From: the human T2T-CHM13v2.0 reference genome, Homo sapiens
Strand: one strand, 5' to 3'
NCBI RefSeq assembly: GCF_009914755.1
Contig: NC_060947.1
DNA length: 64,000 nucleotides
In this document: piece by piece, positions 60,439-64,000 of the stretch
Numbering within the stretch: the stretch's first letter is position 1
Layout: every line of letters begins with the position of its first letter
Made by a program: the position numbers and the translations under genes
Notes under the pieces: generated by a model
Seen by the model: only the letters and a program-made list of their open reading frames with translations
What the model was told of the DNA's origin: nothing
Database searches by the model: none

Positions 60439-61207
60439 TGATACGGGAGCGGGGCAGGGAAGTGCTGGGTGGAGAAGGATGGGTCCCTGACGAGGGCTCT
60501 ACCCTCAAGCCTGTGTCCACGGACCTCGGTGAGGACAGGCATTTCTGTTTTTGTGCCCAAATGTTGCATTTCGCAAGATCACCCTGGTCCGCCATGCCCC
60601 CATCCGGTGCCTATAAAAACCCCGAGACCCTAGCGAGCACACACACAAGTGCCTGGATGTCGAGAGGAATGCACTGATGTCAGAGCACACCAACAGGCAC
60701 CAGCAGATGCCGGAACAATGTGGAGTTTGGCCAGAGTGCTCAAAGGAGAGCCCGGCCGCTGAGCAGCCCCACTCCAGGGAAAAAACCACCTCCCACTCCA
60801 TCTCCCTTCTGTCTCCTGCTACGAGCTACTTACACTCAATAAAACCTTGCACTCATTCTCCAAGCCCACGTGTGATCCAATTCTTCTGGTACACCAAGGC
60901 AAGAAATCCCGGGATACAGAAAGCACCCTGCCCTTGTGGTAAGGCAGGGAGTCTAATAGAGCTGATTAACACAAGCCACCTACAGGCGGCAAAACTAAAA
61001 GAGCAACCTGTAACACACGCTCACTGGGGCTTCAGCAGCTGTAAACCCTCACCCCTAGACACTGCCGTGGTGTCAGAGCTCATGCTCCCCGCAACCTGCC
61101 CATCTGCCTGCACCCTCTAAGGGTTTTGAACAGCTGGGCACCAAAGAAAAGAGCCACACCCCCATTGCATGCCCTGGGAGCAGGACAAGGGAACTTTTCC
61201 CACTTCA
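60439..61207 (+). mobile_element. ERV1 solo LTR (LTR28/LTR1-family-like)
   Basis: tgatacgggagcgggg...cacttca; perfect TSD GTTG; cctataaaa TATA ~60611 and aataaa ~60838. Confidence 0.88.
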
Positions 61208-61319
61208 GTTGCACTACTCTGAATATGCTAAAAACCATTGTACTGTTCACTCTGATTGGGTGAATTGTAATGGTATGTGTATTTTATCTCAATAAAGCTG
61301 TTACTCTCCCCTCCAAAAA

Positions 61320-61385
61320 AGAAGGGAGGGAGGGAGGGAGGGAGAGGGAGAAAAAGGAAAAGAAAGAAGGAATGAAGAGAAAAGA
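61320..61385. repeat. GA-rich low-complexity tract
   Basis: (ggga)n / (gaaa)n purine run. Confidence 0.8.
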
Positions 61386-61895
61386 GTTATTACAAGTTTT
61401 TCTTTTGGCTGGTGTCTGAGACTTGACTGGTAAAAAGTTTCTTACACTGATTTTTTTTCTTTTTTAAAATCCTCAAATGAGAAGCATGGCTCACTATGCC
61501 TAGACTGTTAGTGCAAATGCTAGGAGTTCCTTTTGATGGTCTGGAATTTTAGCACATGCTAGGCAGAAACTACCTAAATGATGAGACTCCAGTAAAAATC
61601 TGGGCACCAAGTCTGTAGCCAATTTTTCCTTGGGCAGAAACATCCCACACAAATTACTACATTTCCATTGCTGGTGGAAGTGCTCTCTGTGAGTGTTCGT
61701 GGGAGAAAGAATAAGGAAACCTGCACCCTTCTTCCTCCAGACTCCTCTTCTGCCTATTTTCCTTATGATCTGGCTGTGTAACTATAACACATCACTTTCA
61801 AAATTTTTAGCTGTGAGGAAAACAATATGCTAAGTTCCACGAGTCCTTCTTGTGATTCAGGGAACATGGAAGTGGTCTTGGGGACCCTGGACACA
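61378..61895 (+). mobile_element. ERVL MER68/MER77-like LTR
   Basis: gaaaagagtta...ttggctggtgtctg...ctggaattt...ggtcttggggaccctggacaca. Confidence 0.7.
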
Positions 61896-62400
61896 GCAGT
61901 GACTGTGGCGGGATTCACTAGAGCGACCCCTAACTTACTGAAATATAACTACAGAGCTATTTGAAAAAAAGTGTGGGAGGGTGATGACAAAACGTTTGTT
62001 CCTGGGTGGCTATGGAGTCATGCAAGGTATGAAATAGCAGCTAAGTTGCTGTCTTTGCTGAGAGGCAAAAGTTACCTGTGAAATTTCAAAATGATAGATC
62101 CAACCTCAGGCAAACTGGCTCCCCTGGATCCCCTACCTGCTTTCGGCCTTGCTAGATAAAGTGATGACAAAAACACAGATGGGGTGATGCCTTTGGTTTT
62201 TGTTCTTTCTTCCAGGTGGGAGTTTAAAAGACCCAAACATTCCCCAAAATGGGCTTTTTTTGGGGAGAAAAGTTAATAAACATTAGTTTGTAGTTTTCTT
62301 CTCCAGGTGGCAGGAGAAATGATCTGAAAACTCCTATAGGCGGGCATTGAGTAAACCAAGAATGCTAAAGATCTTCATTGCCCTTTTCTCCAAGTGGTAT
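61896..62400 (+). mobile_element. ERVL internal (MER68-int-like) remnant
   Basis: gggattcactagagcgacccctaacttactgaaatat directly after the LTR end; right boundary uncertain. Confidence 0.5.
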
Positions 62401-63025
62401 GAAAAAAGGTTAAGTTAGTTCACACGGCTGGAGCAATGCACTGGAGAAATCAGGAGAAAAAAAAAAAAAAAACGATCAAAAAAGAAACCACTCTAGCCTA
62501 GCTGCTACCACAGCTGCTGCACCCCTTCTCTCCTTCCCCATAACCTTCATCTTTTAATTGCTAAATTTACTGCTAGCTGTTTGAATAAACATGCAGTGAG
62601 ATAAAAGGCAGGTAATGATTTTTAAGAATGGCTTTGTATTTTGTGGCTATGATTCTGGATGCATGAGAAAAACTGATGTAACATGTTATATGATTGCAAT
62701 TTCATAAATGCTAACGGGAAAGCTGTACACACAAAAATTTAGTGGGATACAATGTCCTTGCTTTCTACTGCTGGCAGGTGCAATGGAATTTAAATTATTT
62801 GAGTATTGAAAAGAAAACAGTTCTCCATAAGTGATGATTTGTACTACGATTTTTTGTATATAGGAGCATCTGCAAAAAGGGAGAAAAGATAAGAGAGATA
62901 ATCTTCACATGAAGATACACATTTGGAACTTTAAAAAGTACTTTTTGGTTTGCTAATGTGCTCTTATTAAACAGGAGGTCTGACCCCTGTGGCTGATGAT
63001 TTTCCAGCCTGTTGTGCATATTTTA

Positions 63026-63423
<398 letters not shown>

Positions 63424-64000
63424 CTACAGTGTCTAGGCTCTGCTGTTGCTGAAGAAAACCACTGGCTTTTTGGAATCCTGGGTTCTCAGATCTTAATTTC
63501 CTGAATCTGACTCAAAACTGCAACCTCTTACTGTCGGCTGGAGGGTGTTTCAAACTCAGAGCTTTGCTAAGCTGAAAGCAGAGACTCAATGAACAGAACT
63601 CAGATGCTTGGACTTTTACAGATTTAGGAACCTCACGCCATGTGAGACCATAAACTGTGACAACATCATGGGTGGTGGCTGGACCCTCTGGGTCATGTGC
63701 AGGTGCCCTATCGAAAGGTCTTGTTCTCTGATGTGACCACCTATTAACAAAACTGAGCTGCTCATAGGCTCTGACACAGACTAACTGCGTTTCTAAGTTG
63801 TGATTTTTGAAAAGCTGTAATTTGGGGGAGGACACATTACCAACATGGTGGCCGCTCCATCCACTCCTAACAGATTGGACTTTTAGCTCATCTCAGGATG
63901 CCTTGCTGCTATTGACTCGTGTTCTTCAGCTTTCTGAATTTGTTGCAGTTGGCATCACGGACCAAGAGCCTGATGCTACTTCTCCCACCTTTCTCCTGAT

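Noticed and set aside
60677-61120. 147-aa ORF
   Set aside because: Lies wholly in a GC-rich solo LTR; no recognisable domain.

Overview
AT-rich, CpG-poor primate (human-like) genomic DNA, most likely intergenic or deep intronic. I can support no host protein-coding exon, RNA gene, CRISPR array or CpG island. The longer listed ORFs are translations of Alu, L1 or LTR repeats, and the rest look like chance frames. The window is dominated by transposable elements: about 19 Alu-family copies, one full-length but dead L1PA7-like element (51515-58304, minus), a twin-primed 5'-inverted L1PA, a complete THE1A provirus whose internal ORF is still open for about 350 codons, a dense cluster of ERV1 (MER4-group) solo LTRs, MaLR solo LTRs, and ancient MIR, L2, L3, L1M and DNA transposons. 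Many insertions have readable target-site duplications (TSDs) and form multi-level nests. The most unusual signals are repair or rearrangement footprints: a ~235-bp locally templated duplication pasted into a MIR, an internal L1 fragment without tail or TSD inside a MER5, an Alu collapsed to a hybrid monomer, and a deletion breakpoint inside a young Alu. I found no evidence of a new multi-gene biological system. Subfamily names are from recalled consensus sequences and need RepeatMasker/Dfam confirmation.
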